Source: a virus
Lineage: Duplodnaviria > Caudoviricetes
Reading direction: 5' to 3' (one strand)
Length of the DNA stretch: 54,326 bases
Virus record (IMG/VR): IMGVR_UViG_3300051215_000040
Coordinates: 1-54,326 of that record
How positions within the stretch are numbered: the stretch's first letter is position 1; each line of letters starts with the position of its first letter. The notes under the pieces were generated by a model. That model was not told the DNA's origin. It saw only the letters and a list, made by a program, of their open reading frames with translations, and did not search any database. Shown one piece after another: positions 17,927 to 27,310 of this stretch. Made by a program: the position numbers and the translations under genes.

Positions 17927-18625
17927 ATGGGCTGCAAATACGTCAAAGAGTTCGACTTCGGCACCAAGGGCAAAGACGGCTCCGTCAAGTACTCGATGGG
18001 TGGCAAGGTCGGCGGTTACGCCAAGGGCGGCGCCTGCAAAGGCTATGCCGAGGGCGGCAAGGTCCACAGCGATGTGGCCATGGACAAGAAGATCGTCAAG
18101 GAAGCCGTGCACAAGCACGAGAAGGCCATGCACAAAGGCGAGCCCCTGACCAAGTTGGCCAAGGGCGGCAAGGTGCAGGCCCCGGGCTTTGTTGGCCAGA
18201 CCATGATCAAGGACACCAGCAAGCTGGGCATCAAGGGCAACAAAAACCCCGGCATCAAGGGCTCCAAGCCCGTGGCGCCGAATCTGCCCACGCTCAAGCT
18301 GGCCAAGGGTGGCCAGGCCAAGATGCCACGCATGGAGGCCATGGACAAGCGCGAAATGGCCATGACCCCCACGATGCGCCGCGAGGCAGCCATGACCAGC
18401 CGCAAGGTCGAGGCGCCCGCACGCAAGATGGTGCCCGTTGCCTCGCGTGAGCCGATGCTGGCCATGAAGTCCGGCGGCAAGGTGAGCCAGGCAAAGGTCG
18501 GCAAGGTCATGGGCGAGTTCAAGTCCGGCGACCTGCACTCTGGCAAGGACGGCAAGGTCGTCACCAACCCCAAGCAAGCGATTGCCATCGCTTTGTCCGA
18601 AGGCCGCAAGGCCGCCAAGCGTTGA
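17927..18625 (+). CDS. Lys-rich protein with AxGG repeats and C-terminal DUF6496-like domain
   Basis: Six xxGG(K)V-type repeats; KVGKVMGEFKSGDLHSG...NPKQAIAIALSE at the C-terminus. Confidence 0.75.
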   Translation: MGCKYVKEFDFGTKGKDGSVKYSMGGKVGGYAKGGACKGYAEGGKVHSDVAMDKKIVKEAVHKHEKAMHKGEPLTKLAKGGKVQAPGFVGQTMIKDTSKLGIKGNKNPGIKGSKPVAPNLPTLKLAKGGQAKMPRMEAMDKREMAMTPTMRREAAMTSRKVEAPARKMVPVASREPMLAMKSGGKVSQAKVGKVMGEFKSGDLHSGKDGKVVTNPKQAIAIALSEGRKAAKR

Positions 18626-18644
18626 TCAAGATCGGGGCGGCTGT

Positions 18645-18673
18645 TTGCCGCCCCTGGTCGCTTGATCTACAAT
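18645..18673 (+). promoter_or_regulatory. Sigma70-like promoter
   Basis: TTGCCG-N17-TACAAT; the -35 lies within a GGGGCGGC/GCCGCCCC inverted repeat (18634-18654). Confidence 0.6.
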
Positions 18674-18734
18674 TCCCCAACCCCCACGGGCGCGCTGAAT
18701 CGGCGGCCATCTGACGACGACACACGGAGTTAGC

Positions 18735-19727
18735 ATGGCCTTTTCCGGCAGCATCAGCAGCACAACATTCAACGCCCTGAAGGTCGTCGATCACGCCTTC
18801 CGGCGCTGCCGCCTGCCCGCCCAGGCCATCACGGCCGAAATGCACAGCTACGCGCTTGAGTCGCTGTACCTGCTGCTCAGTGAGCTGGCCAACACCAAGA
18901 CCCCCAGCTGGTGCATCGAGCGCCAGATTTACCCGTTCTACGAGGGCCAGCCTGTTGTGACCCTGTCCAACGGCACCGTGGAAGTGCTCAACGCCAACCT
19001 GCGCACGCTGCAGGAGCTGACCGGTACCACGGTTTCGCTGGCAACCAGCTACACGGTCGACTTCAACGACCAGGACGGCGGCGTGGGCACGGTCAACACC
19101 GTGGGTATGAAGTGGACCGGCGCGTCGGTTCCGGTCACATTCCAGACCTCCAACGACGGCCTGGTCTGGACCACGGTCGGCACGCAAACGACGGCGGCCA
19201 CCGCTGGCGAGTGGACCTGGACCGACGTTGTCCCGGCCATGGCCAAGCGCCTGTTTCGCATCACCAGCAGCTCGCCGATGCTGCTCAGCGAGGTTTACCT
19301 GGGCACTTTGCCGCAGGAAATTCCCATGGGCACGCTCAACCGCGACACCTACGTGGCGCAGAGCAACAAGGTGTTCCTGGGCCGCCCGCTGACCTACTGG
19401 TTCCAGCGCGATTTGCCCCGTCCGGTCATGAACCTGTGGCCAAGCCCGAACGCGGCCGCCGAGCACCAACAGCTGATCGTCTGGCGCCACCGCCACATCA
19501 TGGACACCGAGAACCTGCAGCAGGACGTCGAGGTCCCGCAGCGCTGGCTCGAAGCGATCACGGCCGGGCTGTCGGCCAAAGTTGGTGCAGAAACCCCGTC
19601 CGTGGACACGAATCTGGTCGCTGCGCTCGAGCAGAAGTGGTACGCCGCTCGCCAGGCTGCCTGGGACGGCGACAACGACGGCTCGCCGACCTACATCAAC
19701 CCCGGCATTGGGTGCTACACCAAATGA
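18735..19727 (+). CDS. Head-tail connector/adaptor (P22 gp4- or tubular A-like) with inserted beta domain
   Basis: MAFSG...DHAFRRC, GRPLTYWFQR...LWPSP, VPQRWLEAITAGL motifs; position after the head genes. Confidence 0.65.
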   Translation: MAFSGSISSTTFNALKVVDHAFRRCRLPAQAITAEMHSYALESLYLLLSELANTKTPSWCIERQIYPFYEGQPVVTLSNGTVEVLNANLRTLQELTGTTVSLATSYTVDFNDQDGGVGTVNTVGMKWTGASVPVTFQTSNDGLVWTTVGTQTTAATAGEWTWTDVVPAMAKRLFRITSSSPMLLSEVYLGTLPQEIPMGTLNRDTYVAQSNKVFLGRPLTYWFQRDLPRPVMNLWPSPNAAAEHQQLIVWRHRHIMDTENLQQDVEVPQRWLEAITAGLSAKVGAETPSVDTNLVAALEQKWYAARQAAWDGDNDGSPTYINPGIGCYTK

Positions 19728-20038
19728 GCGGGAAATTCATCGTCCCAAATGCCAGCGACCCGACGTATGGTCTCGGCATTTGTGCGCGTTGCTCGCGCAA
19801 GTTCAAGCTCGCGGAGCTCAATCCGGACCCAAATTACCCGGCGCTCATGGTCTGCAACGAGGACTCGGACGATTACGACCCCTACCGCCTGGCCCCGCGC
19901 AAAGAGGACCAGGTCGTGCTGCCGTTTGTGCGCCCGGATGTTCCCGTGACCACCAACCCTTCGGGCCTGATCACGCAGGACGGCACGCAGTTCATCGTTT
20001 CTGAGGACGGGCAGCGCTTCCTCTACGTTGTGGATTAA
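19724..20038 (+). CDS. Small Cys-motif virion-module protein
   Basis: ICARC...VCNEDSD..DP; C-terminal LITQDG/IVSEDG repeats; ATGA-coupled. Confidence 0.7.
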   Translation: MSGKFIVPNASDPTYGLGICARCSRKFKLAELNPDPNYPALMVCNEDSDDYDPYRLAPRKEDQVVLPFVRPDVPVTTNPSGLITQDGTQFIVSEDGQRFLYVVD

Positions 20039-20041
20039 AAA

Positions 20042-22417
20042 ATGGCGCAAGTTCCATCAAACCTCATTCCGATCAGCATCACCAACCTTCCGGTTCCGGT
20101 GACGCCTGCGTCGGAGGACACGTTGCTGGTTGGCGTCTACAACGGCGTGACCTACAAAATCCGCGCCGGTGACCTGCTGCAGGTGGCCGGCGTGCCGACC
20201 TCGCGCCAGGTGATTGCTGGCACGGGGCTTACAGGCGGCGGGGCGTTGTCCTCGAACGTGACCCTGTCGGTCGCGCCTGGCGGCATCGGCACCACGCAGC
20301 TTGCGGCCTCGGGCGTGACGCCTGGCGTGTACGGCAACGCCACGAGCGTGCCTCAGTTCACCGTGGACGCCACAGGCCGCGTGACGGCCGCCACGACCGT
20401 TCCACTGTCGATTTCCGGCTACGTGCCCGACACCCGGCAGGTGATCGCGGGCAACGGCCTGACCGGCGGCGGCGCGCTGTCGTCAAACGTGACGCTGTCG
20501 GCGTCCTATGGCGGCACGCCGCTGGCCGGGTCCGGATCCGGCTCCGCTGGTACCGCGCTGACCCTCTCGCGCTCTGACCACCGCCACCCGGCCGTGGACC
20601 TGGCAGACCAGACCCAGATCGACGGCATCTTGCCGATCGACCAGGGCGGCACAGGTCGGTCGTTGGTAATGCAGCCCGGCGCGGTCATCTGGTCCGGCGC
20701 CGACGGCCTGTATGTGGGCACGGCCGGCGTCAGTGGCCAGGTGCTGGTGTCCGGCGGTACCGGGGCCCCGACCTGGGGCTCGACGCTGATTCTGGCCCCT
20801 GTGGCCGCAAACACGTTCTTTGCCGGTCCAACTGCTGGAAGCGCTGCCGACCCGGTGTTCCGCACCATGGTCAACGCCGACCTGCCCAACTCCGGCGTGG
20901 TGGCGGCGACTTACGGCTCGGGCACCCAGGTTCCAGTGCTGGTGGTCAACAGCAAGGGCGTTGTGACCAGCGCCAGCACGGTCGATGTGACGCCCGCATG
21001 GGCCAACATCACCGGCACGCCAACCACGATTGCTGGCTACGGCATCACGGACGGCGTGACGCTGACCGGCACGCAGGCGCTCACCAACAAGACCATCGAT
21101 GCGTCGCTCAACACGCTGACGAACATCCCCAACTCGGCGCTGAGCTTCCCGTCGATCGCCTTCACTTACTCGGGCGGCATCACTGGCTCGGCCAGCGTCG
21201 CCCTGGGCGGCACAAACGCCCTGTCTCTGTCCAACGTGCCAAACGCCAGCTTGGCCAACAGCTCGGTGACCTACAACGGCGTGACCGTTGCCTTGGGCGC
21301 CTCTGGCACGATCACGGCGGCCAACCCGCAGCCACTGACCATCGGCACCGGCCTGGGTGGCGGAAGCTACGACGGCTCGGCTGCGGTCACGATCACCAAC
21401 ACGGGCGTGCTCAGCTGGAGCGGCGGCACCACGGGTCTGACCCCCGCCACGGCCACCACGGGAGCTGTGACGCTGGCTGGCACCCTGGTTGTGGCCAACG
21501 GCGGAACCGGGGCCACCACGGCCGCAGGAGCCCGCGCAAACCTGTCTGCGGCGGTTCTGGGGGCCAACAACGACATTACGTCGATGACTGGACTGACGGG
21601 CGGCATTTCGAGCCCGGACTTCATCCAGTTCGACACCGGCGCCACGGTCACGGACGCCACCGGCCGCCTGTACTACAGCGCGGACAGCATGTTCCAGACG
21701 CTGATGTTCCAGATGAATGGCAGCGTCATTCAGCCAGTTGGCGAGGCCGCCTACTACCGCGTCAAGCTCAGCGCCCCGGCCACCAAGGGCCAGGTGCTGA
21801 TGTTCACCGGAACCCTGGGTGCGAGTGGTGGCCTGCAAGCGGCACCAGCCACAGGGTTGCAGCCGGACCAGTCGAACTACATCCTTGGCTTGGCCGCTGA
21901 GACTGGGACCACAAACGACTGGATCACGGTCTTTGAGTTTGGCGAGATCAAAGGCATCGACACCACTGGAGGCGCTGAGGCCTGGACGCAGGGCCAGGTG
22001 TTGTACTACAACCCATCGGTTGCTGGCGGCCTTACAAAAACGAAGCCGGACACGCCAAACGCTATCGCTGTGATTGCGGCGGTGGTGCACGTTGGCGTCT
22101 CAAACGGCATCTTGTTCGTGCGCCCCACGTTTGGCTCTGTGCTGGGCGGCACCGACGGCAACGTGCAGTTTGGCACGCTGGCTGGCGGCGATGTGATCGT
22201 CTACGACTCGGGCGACTCGCGCTGGGAAAACCGTGCGCAGTCCACGCTGGCCGTTGGCACAGCAACCAACCTGGCAGGCGGCGCGGCATCCCAGATCCCA
22301 TATCAAACCGCCGCAGGCACTACCGCATTTATTGCCAACGGCACGGCGGGGCAGGTGCTCACGTCGGCTGGCACAGGCACACCTGTGTGGTCGGGTATCT
22401 CCGGCGGCACGTTCTAA
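20042..22417 (+). CDS. Tail fibre protein 1
   Basis: 791 aa Gly/Thr/Ala-rich; repeated AGxGLTGGGALSSNVTLS, GxYG....P..TV...GRVT and GGTGATTA..AR.NL motifs; ends GGTF. Confidence 0.85.
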   Translation: MAQVPSNLIPISITNLPVPVTPASEDTLLVGVYNGVTYKIRAGDLLQVAGVPTSRQVIAGTGLTGGGALSSNVTLSVAPGGIGTTQLAASGVTPGVYGNATSVPQFTVDATGRVTAATTVPLSISGYVPDTRQVIAGNGLTGGGALSSNVTLSASYGGTPLAGSGSGSAGTALTLSRSDHRHPAVDLADQTQIDGILPIDQGGTGRSLVMQPGAVIWSGADGLYVGTAGVSGQVLVSGGTGAPTWGSTLILAPVAANTFFAGPTAGSAADPVFRTMVNADLPNSGVVAATYGSGTQVPVLVVNSKGVVTSASTVDVTPAWANITGTPTTIAGYGITDGVTLTGTQALTNKTIDASLNTLTNIPNSALSFPSIAFTYSGGITGSASVALGGTNALSLSNVPNASLANSSVTYNGVTVALGASGTITAANPQPLTIGTGLGGGSYDGSAAVTITNTGVLSWSGGTTGLTPATATTGAVTLAGTLVVANGGTGATTAAGARANLSAAVLGANNDITSMTGLTGGISSPDFIQFDTGATVTDATGRLYYSADSMFQTLMFQMNGSVIQPVGEAAYYRVKLSAPATKGQVLMFTGTLGASGGLQAAPATGLQPDQSNYILGLAAETGTTNDWITVFEFGEIKGIDTTGGAEAWTQGQVLYYNPSVAGGLTKTKPDTPNAIAVIAAVVHVGVSNGILFVRPTFGSVLGGTDGNVQFGTLAGGDVIVYDSGDSRWENRAQSTLAVGTATNLAGGAASQIPYQTAAGTTAFIANGTAGQVLTSAGTGTPVWSGISGGTF

Positions 22418-22435
22418 ATTTCGAGAGGAAACACC

Positions 22436-25036
22436 ATGGCTCAAGCAGGCTACACACCCATCCAGCTGTACTACAGCACCACCGCCTCGGCCGCGCCATC
22501 GTCTGGCAACCTGGCCAACGGCGAGCTGGCCATCAACATCACAGACGGCAAGCTGTACTACAAGGACAACGGCGGGACCGTGCGCGTGCTTGCAGGCACA
22601 GGCGGTACCGGCGTGGTGGCGGGCTCCAACACGCAGGTGCAGTTCAACAACAACGGGGTATTTGGTGCATCCTCGGGCCTGACTTGGGATGGCACGAACC
22701 TGACCGCCAGCCAGTTGCGCAGCAGTGGCTTGACCTCCGGCCGTGTCACCTACGCTGGTGCGTCTGGTCTGTTGGTTGATTCGGCCAACATGACATTCAA
22801 TGGCACCCGCTTGACGGTGGCCGACCTTGCTGATTCTGGCCTCACATCGGGTCGCGTGGTGTATTCCACCGCTGGTGGCGCTTTGGTGGACTCCGCCAAC
22901 CTGCTGTACAGCGGCACCGATCTGACTGTTTACGGCATCACCGTAGGCCGTGGCGCAGGTGCTGTGTCCACCAACACTGCGATGGGTGCTAGTGCGTTGG
23001 CGGCGAATACAACGGGTTCTTTCAACACCGCTTTTGGTAGCGCGGCTTTGCGTGACGTAACGACGGCGGGTGACAACACCGCAGTCGGAACCAATACACT
23101 TAGAGTGAACACGTCTGGCTCTGGAAACACGGCCATCGGAAGTTCCGCGCTGCTGGTTAACACGACCGGCGCTGCGGGTACGGCGATTGGTGTTTCGGCG
23201 TTGGCGACCAACACTACCGGCGCATTTGGAACTGCTATCGGTTACCAATCGCTGTTGCTCAACACAACAGGAAACGGCAACACGGCGGTCGGCTATCAAG
23301 CCCTGTACAGCAACACGACTGCTGGTAACAACACGGCCATGGGTAACTTGGCTGCATACGCCAACACCACTGGTGAAGTCACGGCCTTTGGCAACTCAAC
23401 GCTTAAGAACAACAGCACGGGTCTTGGTAACTCGGCTTTTGGCTCGACCGCTCTGGAGCTGAACACCACCGGCAACGGCAACACCGCATTTGGCAGCATC
23501 CACAGCGGCGTGGTGTTCGGTGCGCTTCGTGCCAACACCACCGGATCATTTAACGTGGCCGTCGGGCCGGGAGCGTTAGCTGCAAACACGACTGCCTCCA
23601 ACAACACCGCAGTTGGCTATCTTGCTGGTTCAAACAACACGGGTTCAGGAAGTCTTACGGCGCTTGGATACAGAGCAGGGGCTTCAAACACAACTGGAAG
23701 TATCACGGCTATCGGCGCTCAGGCTCTTGACGCCAACACAACTGGAGCAGGAAACTTTGCTGGCGGCTGGCAATCTCTTGCTTTAAACACAACTGGTAGT
23801 GGAAATACGGCTGTCGGAAATGCTTCAAACGGTGTTTACAACGGTGCGATGTACAACAACACTACTGGCAGCTTCAACACTGCCGTTGGTGCTCAGGCGC
23901 TTCTTGGCAACACTACGGGCAACAACAACGTAGCGATTGGATATCGTGCCGCCGTCAGCGCGGTAACTGGCGCAACAACTGCTGTTGGGGCCAGTGCTGG
24001 TGGTTCTCTTACAACTGGTATTCAAAACACGCTTGTTGGATACAACGCAGGAGGGGGTCTTAACACCGGAAATGGCAACACTTTTGTCGGAGTCAGCAAT
24101 AACGCCTCTGGTGAGTGTGGCTCTTTGATCACCACCGGTAATAGGAACACCATCATTGGCGGCTACACAGGCAACCAAGGTGGCCTCGACATCCGCACTG
24201 CCAGCAACTACATCGTGCTGTCGGATGGGGATGGGAATCCTGTCATTGCTTCGCCTTCTCAAACCGAAGTGCTGATGCGATCAGGCTCTGGCCTTTGGAC
24301 GTTGTTCAGTAACGGCGGCGGCAACAACAGTACATACAACGGAACTCTGATTGGAGCCAATAAGCCAAACCTTACAGGTCAAGCCAATGCGTCTTTGCCA
24401 TCTTGGTTCATCGACATTGGTGGACGTGCGGCAGACGGCTCAACCCGCCCCGTTGCAACCGCAGACAAGTTCTCTGTTGGTCGTCAGGCCGCTGGCGGCA
24501 CATTGGTTGGCGCGGCAAATGTTTTTGAAGTCAACTTGAACGGATGCGTTGGCTTGAACGCAACCTCCGCCTCTAACGGCACAGGCATCACCTTCCCCGC
24601 CACCCAAAACGCATCGTCCAACGCCAACACGCTGGATGACTATGAGGAGGGAATTTTTAGCCCAACAATCCAAATTGGCGGAGCGACCCCTACAGGAGTT
24701 TCGTATTTCAACGCGGTCGGGCAATACACAAAAGTTGGTCGCGTCGTGACCTGCGTTTGGGGAATTGGGGCTAACTGGTCTTCAAACAATGGGGGCGCAG
24801 TAACTTTGCATGGTCTTCCATTCGGCAACAGCGCGAGTGGCGGGTATAGAGAAGCGGGCATGACTATTGGTAGTACTAGCTGGGGCGGGAATATATTGAG
24901 AATTGCAGTGAGCGGCGTTGAAGGAGCGACGTCTATGCAAGTTTACAAAGGAGGCGGCGGCACTACATTGAATGGCTCAGATTTAGGCACTGAGTTTTGG
25001 ATGCACGGCACACTCGTTTATCTGGCAAATGCGTAA
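22436..25036 (+). CDS. Tail fibre/receptor-binding protein 2
   Basis: N-terminal PIQLYYS...GELAINITDGKLY; many ~14-aa NTAxGxxALxxNTTG repeats; NANTLDDYEEG precedes the C-terminal tip domain. Confidence 0.88.
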   Translation: MAQAGYTPIQLYYSTTASAAPSSGNLANGELAINITDGKLYYKDNGGTVRVLAGTGGTGVVAGSNTQVQFNNNGVFGASSGLTWDGTNLTASQLRSSGLTSGRVTYAGASGLLVDSANMTFNGTRLTVADLADSGLTSGRVVYSTAGGALVDSANLLYSGTDLTVYGITVGRGAGAVSTNTAMGASALAANTTGSFNTAFGSAALRDVTTAGDNTAVGTNTLRVNTSGSGNTAIGSSALLVNTTGAAGTAIGVSALATNTTGAFGTAIGYQSLLLNTTGNGNTAVGYQALYSNTTAGNNTAMGNLAAYANTTGEVTAFGNSTLKNNSTGLGNSAFGSTALELNTTGNGNTAFGSIHSGVVFGALRANTTGSFNVAVGPGALAANTTASNNTAVGYLAGSNNTGSGSLTALGYRAGASNTTGSITAIGAQALDANTTGAGNFAGGWQSLALNTTGSGNTAVGNASNGVYNGAMYNNTTGSFNTAVGAQALLGNTTGNNNVAIGYRAAVSAVTGATTAVGASAGGSLTTGIQNTLVGYNAGGGLNTGNGNTFVGVSNNASGECGSLITTGNRNTIIGGYTGNQGGLDIRTASNYIVLSDGDGNPVIASPSQTEVLMRSGSGLWTLFSNGGGNNSTYNGTLIGANKPNLTGQANASLPSWFIDIGGRAADGSTRPVATADKFSVGRQAAGGTLVGAANVFEVNLNGCVGLNATSASNGTGITFPATQNASSNANTLDDYEEGIFSPTIQIGGATPTGVSYFNAVGQYTKVGRVVTCVWGIGANWSSNNGGAVTLHGLPFGNSASGGYREAGMTIGSTSWGGNILRIAVSGVEGATSMQVYKGGGGTTLNGSDLGTEFWMHGTLVYLANA

Positions 25037-25054
25037 CTTGAGGAAAAAATCATC

Positions 25055-25339
25055 ATGACAATCGAAAAGCAAAAGGTCGTTGACCAAATTACCGTGACCG
25101 AAAACGGCACAGTTCTTTATCGCGAGGCCACTCGCATCATCGAGGACGGCAACCTGCTCACGCAGACCTTCCACCGAACATCACTGACGCCGGGCCAAGA
25201 CCTCACAAGTCAACCTGCAAATGTGGTCGTCATCTGCAACGCCGCATGGACACCTGAAGTTATCGCGGCCTATCAAGCCGCGCAAGAAGCCGCTGCCGCC
25301 GAGATGGCAGCACGTCAAACCCAAGGAGCCACAGCATGA
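25055..25339 (+). CDS. Tail-fibre-associated protein (putative chaperone)
   Basis: GAGG RBS; VDQI.VTENG.V..R...FHR..L.PG...ICNAAWTPEVIAAY; follows the fibre gene. Confidence 0.7.
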   Translation: MTIEKQKVVDQITVTENGTVLYREATRIIEDGNLLTQTFHRTSLTPGQDLTSQPANVVVICNAAWTPEVIAAYQAAQEAAAAEMAARQTQGATA

Positions 25340-25554
25340 CCGAAACTACCCAACCCACCGCCGAAGAAATCGCACGCCACTACAGCGCCGCCATGGATTC
25401 GGTGAACCTGATCAACGGCGGCAAGCCCGAAGGCATGGACGATGCCGAGTGGGCCGACTGCGTGGCTCGGAACAAAGAACACCTGCGCATCATGCTGGCC
25501 AAGGACTTCTGGACGACCGAAGACCTGGCCCCACTGCAAGCAGCCGCTCAGTGA
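25336..25554 (+). CDS. Hypothetical protein
   Basis: AAGGAG RBS; IARHYSAAMDSVNLIN...RNKEHL..M; ATGA-coupled. Confidence 0.75.
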   Translation: MTETTQPTAEEIARHYSAAMDSVNLINGGKPEGMDDAEWADCVARNKEHLRIMLAKDFWTTEDLAPLQAAAQ

Positions 25555-25646
25555 GAGACTGGACCGAAGCATTCGTCGCTGCCGTGCTGATCGTCGGCGT
25601 GGTGCTTTGGTCCGTCCGCATTTTTATGGAGGTGGTGTATGGCTGA
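25551..25646 (+). CDS. 31-aa single-TM peptide
   Basis: GTGA overlap; hydrophobic AFVAAVLIVGVVLW; just upstream of the endolysin. Confidence 0.45.
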   Translation: MRDWTEAFVAAVLIVGVVLWSVRIFMEVVYG

Positions 25647-25666
25647 CCATAACCAGGAGCTAACCC

Positions 25667-26185
25667 ATGGCTGACTTCCTGCCTGCTTTCGAAGCCATGA
25701 TTCGCGACGAGGGCGGTTATTTGTTGCACGACGTCCCGGGTGATCGCGGGCAGCTCACTTACGCGGGAATTTCTCGTCACTTCAACCCGGACTGGCCAGG
25801 CTGGGAGTTTGTCGACCGGCGCGAGACGCCACCGACTCCCATGGTGCGCAACTGGTACCACACCAACTACTGGCTCCCGATCGCGGGCGACCACCTGATT
25901 CACCAGGCGGTGGCGTCCTCCATCTTCAACTTCGCCGTCAACTCCAGCGCCCCAGGCCGCCCCACCGTGGCCGTCAAGCTCGCGCAGCTGGTGGCCGGGG
26001 CCACGCCGGACGGATCGCTCGGGCCGCGCTCCGTGGCCGCACTCAACGCCATGGACCCCGAAAAGTTTGTCATGGCCTACGCTTTGGCCAAAATCGCCCG
26101 GTACCGGGATATCGTGACCCGCGACCGCACGCAGATCAAGTTCCTGCTCGGCTGGATCAACCGCACACTGAAGGACGCCACATGA
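25667..26185 (+). CDS. Endolysin, glycosyl hydrolase family 108 with PG-binding C-terminus
   Basis: EGGY...DRGQLTYAGI, FNFAVNS, DGSLGPRS and KFLLGWINR motifs. Confidence 0.9.
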   Translation: MADFLPAFEAMIRDEGGYLLHDVPGDRGQLTYAGISRHFNPDWPGWEFVDRRETPPTPMVRNWYHTNYWLPIAGDHLIHQAVASSIFNFAVNSSAPGRPTVAVKLAQLVAGATPDGSLGPRSVAALNAMDPEKFVMAYALAKIARYRDIVTRDRTQIKFLLGWINRTLKDAT

Positions 26186-26595
26186 ACTTCCTCGGCATTG
26201 GCACCGTCATCGAGTCCGTCGGCAAGGTTGCTGGCGACCTTATCACCACGGACAAGGAGCGCATGCAGCTCGAGCTGGAGGGCCGCAAGCTCGACCAGGC
26301 CATCGACCTGGCGCAAATCGGCGTGAACAACACCGAGGCCCAGCACACCAGCGTGTTTGTCGCAGGCTGGCGGCCCGCCATCGGCTGGGTCGGCGCTGCG
26401 GCCATGGCCTACCAGTTTCTGCTCTACCCGCTGCTCACCTGGGGCTGGGCGCTGGCGCAAGCCAACGGCCACCTGCCCGCCGGGATGCAGCCGCCGCCGA
26501 TGCTGGACGCAGACGCCCTGTGGGTGATTCTGTCTGGCATCCTGGGTATCGCTGGCATGCGCTCGTTTGAGAAGACCAAAGGGGTGGCGCGATGA
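26182..26595 (+). CDS. Holin (3TM GTA-holin-like)
   Basis: EAQH.S.FVAGWRPAIGWV...LG...RSFEK signature; adjacent to the endolysin. Confidence 0.85.
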   Translation: MNFLGIGTVIESVGKVAGDLITTDKERMQLELEGRKLDQAIDLAQIGVNNTEAQHTSVFVAGWRPAIGWVGAAAMAYQFLLYPLLTWGWALAQANGHLPAGMQPPPMLDADALWVILSGILGIAGMRSFEKTKGVAR

Positions 26596-26598
26596 CGT

Positions 26599-26627
26599 TT
26601 GCCGCCTCGTGTGTTCCCGGGCATAAT
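26599..26627 (+). promoter_or_regulatory. Sigma70-like promoter
   Basis: TTGCCG-N17-CATAAT, same -35 as the promoter at 18645. Confidence 0.6.
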
Positions 26628-26680
26628 TCAGGCACCACGCGCCAGCTGGACCAGCGGCTTCATAACCAACTGGAGTCCCC

Positions 26681-27310
26681 ATGTACACGATGACGTACAG
26701 CAGCTTGCTGGAAGATGTGCGCCGCTACCTTGAGCGGGGCTTTACCGCTGAGAGCGACCAGATCGTCTACGAGCAGCTGCCGCGCCTGATCACACTGGGC
26801 GAGCGCCGCATCTCCCGCGAGCTCAAGATTCAGGGCTTTATTCGCGCCGTCCAAACTCCCCTGCAAATCGGCGTGGCCACCTACCGCAAGCCCGACCGCT
26901 GGCGCGACACCGTGAGCATGACGGTCAACGGTTCTCCGATTTTCGCCCGCGCCTACGAGTACTGCCGCAACTACTGGCCTGATGAGGCCGAGACCGGCGC
27001 GCCGCAGTTTTACGCGGACTATGACTACAACCACTGGCTGATCACGCCAACGCCTGCAGCCGCCAGCACGCTGGAGGTGATGTACTACGAGCAGCCGCGT
27101 TTCTTGGGCGAGGACTTCCAGACCAACTGGCTCACCGAGTACGCCCCTGACCTGCTGCTGTATGCCACGCTGCTTGAGGCCACGCCGTTCCTGAAGAAGG
27201 ACGAGCGTATCGGCACCTGGCAGCAGATGTACGACCGCGCTGCCCAGGCGCTCAACGGCGAGGACCTGAAGAAGATCATGGACCGCAGCGCCCAAAGGAC
27301 TGAAGCATGA
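26681..27310 (+). CDS. Head-tail adaptor protein
   Basis: MTYSSL...YLER, I..GERRI.REL, G.P.FYA...PTP, NWLTEYAPDLLLYATLLEA..FLK. Confidence 0.75.
   Translation: MYTMTYSSLLEDVRRYLERGFTAESDQIVYEQLPRLITLGERRISRELKIQGFIRAVQTPLQIGVATYRKPDRWRDTVSMTVNGSPIFARAYEYCRNYWPDEAETGAPQFYADYDYNHWLITPTPAAASTLEVMYYEQPRFLGEDFQTNWLTEYAPDLLLYATLLEATPFLKKDERIGTWQQMYDRAAQALNGEDLKKIMDRSAQRTEA

Noticed and set aside
22436-25036. Possible diversity-generating retroelement target in the fibre
   Set aside because: No reverse transcriptase and no TR/VR pair differing at adenines was seen; the repeats are degenerate protein-level repeats.
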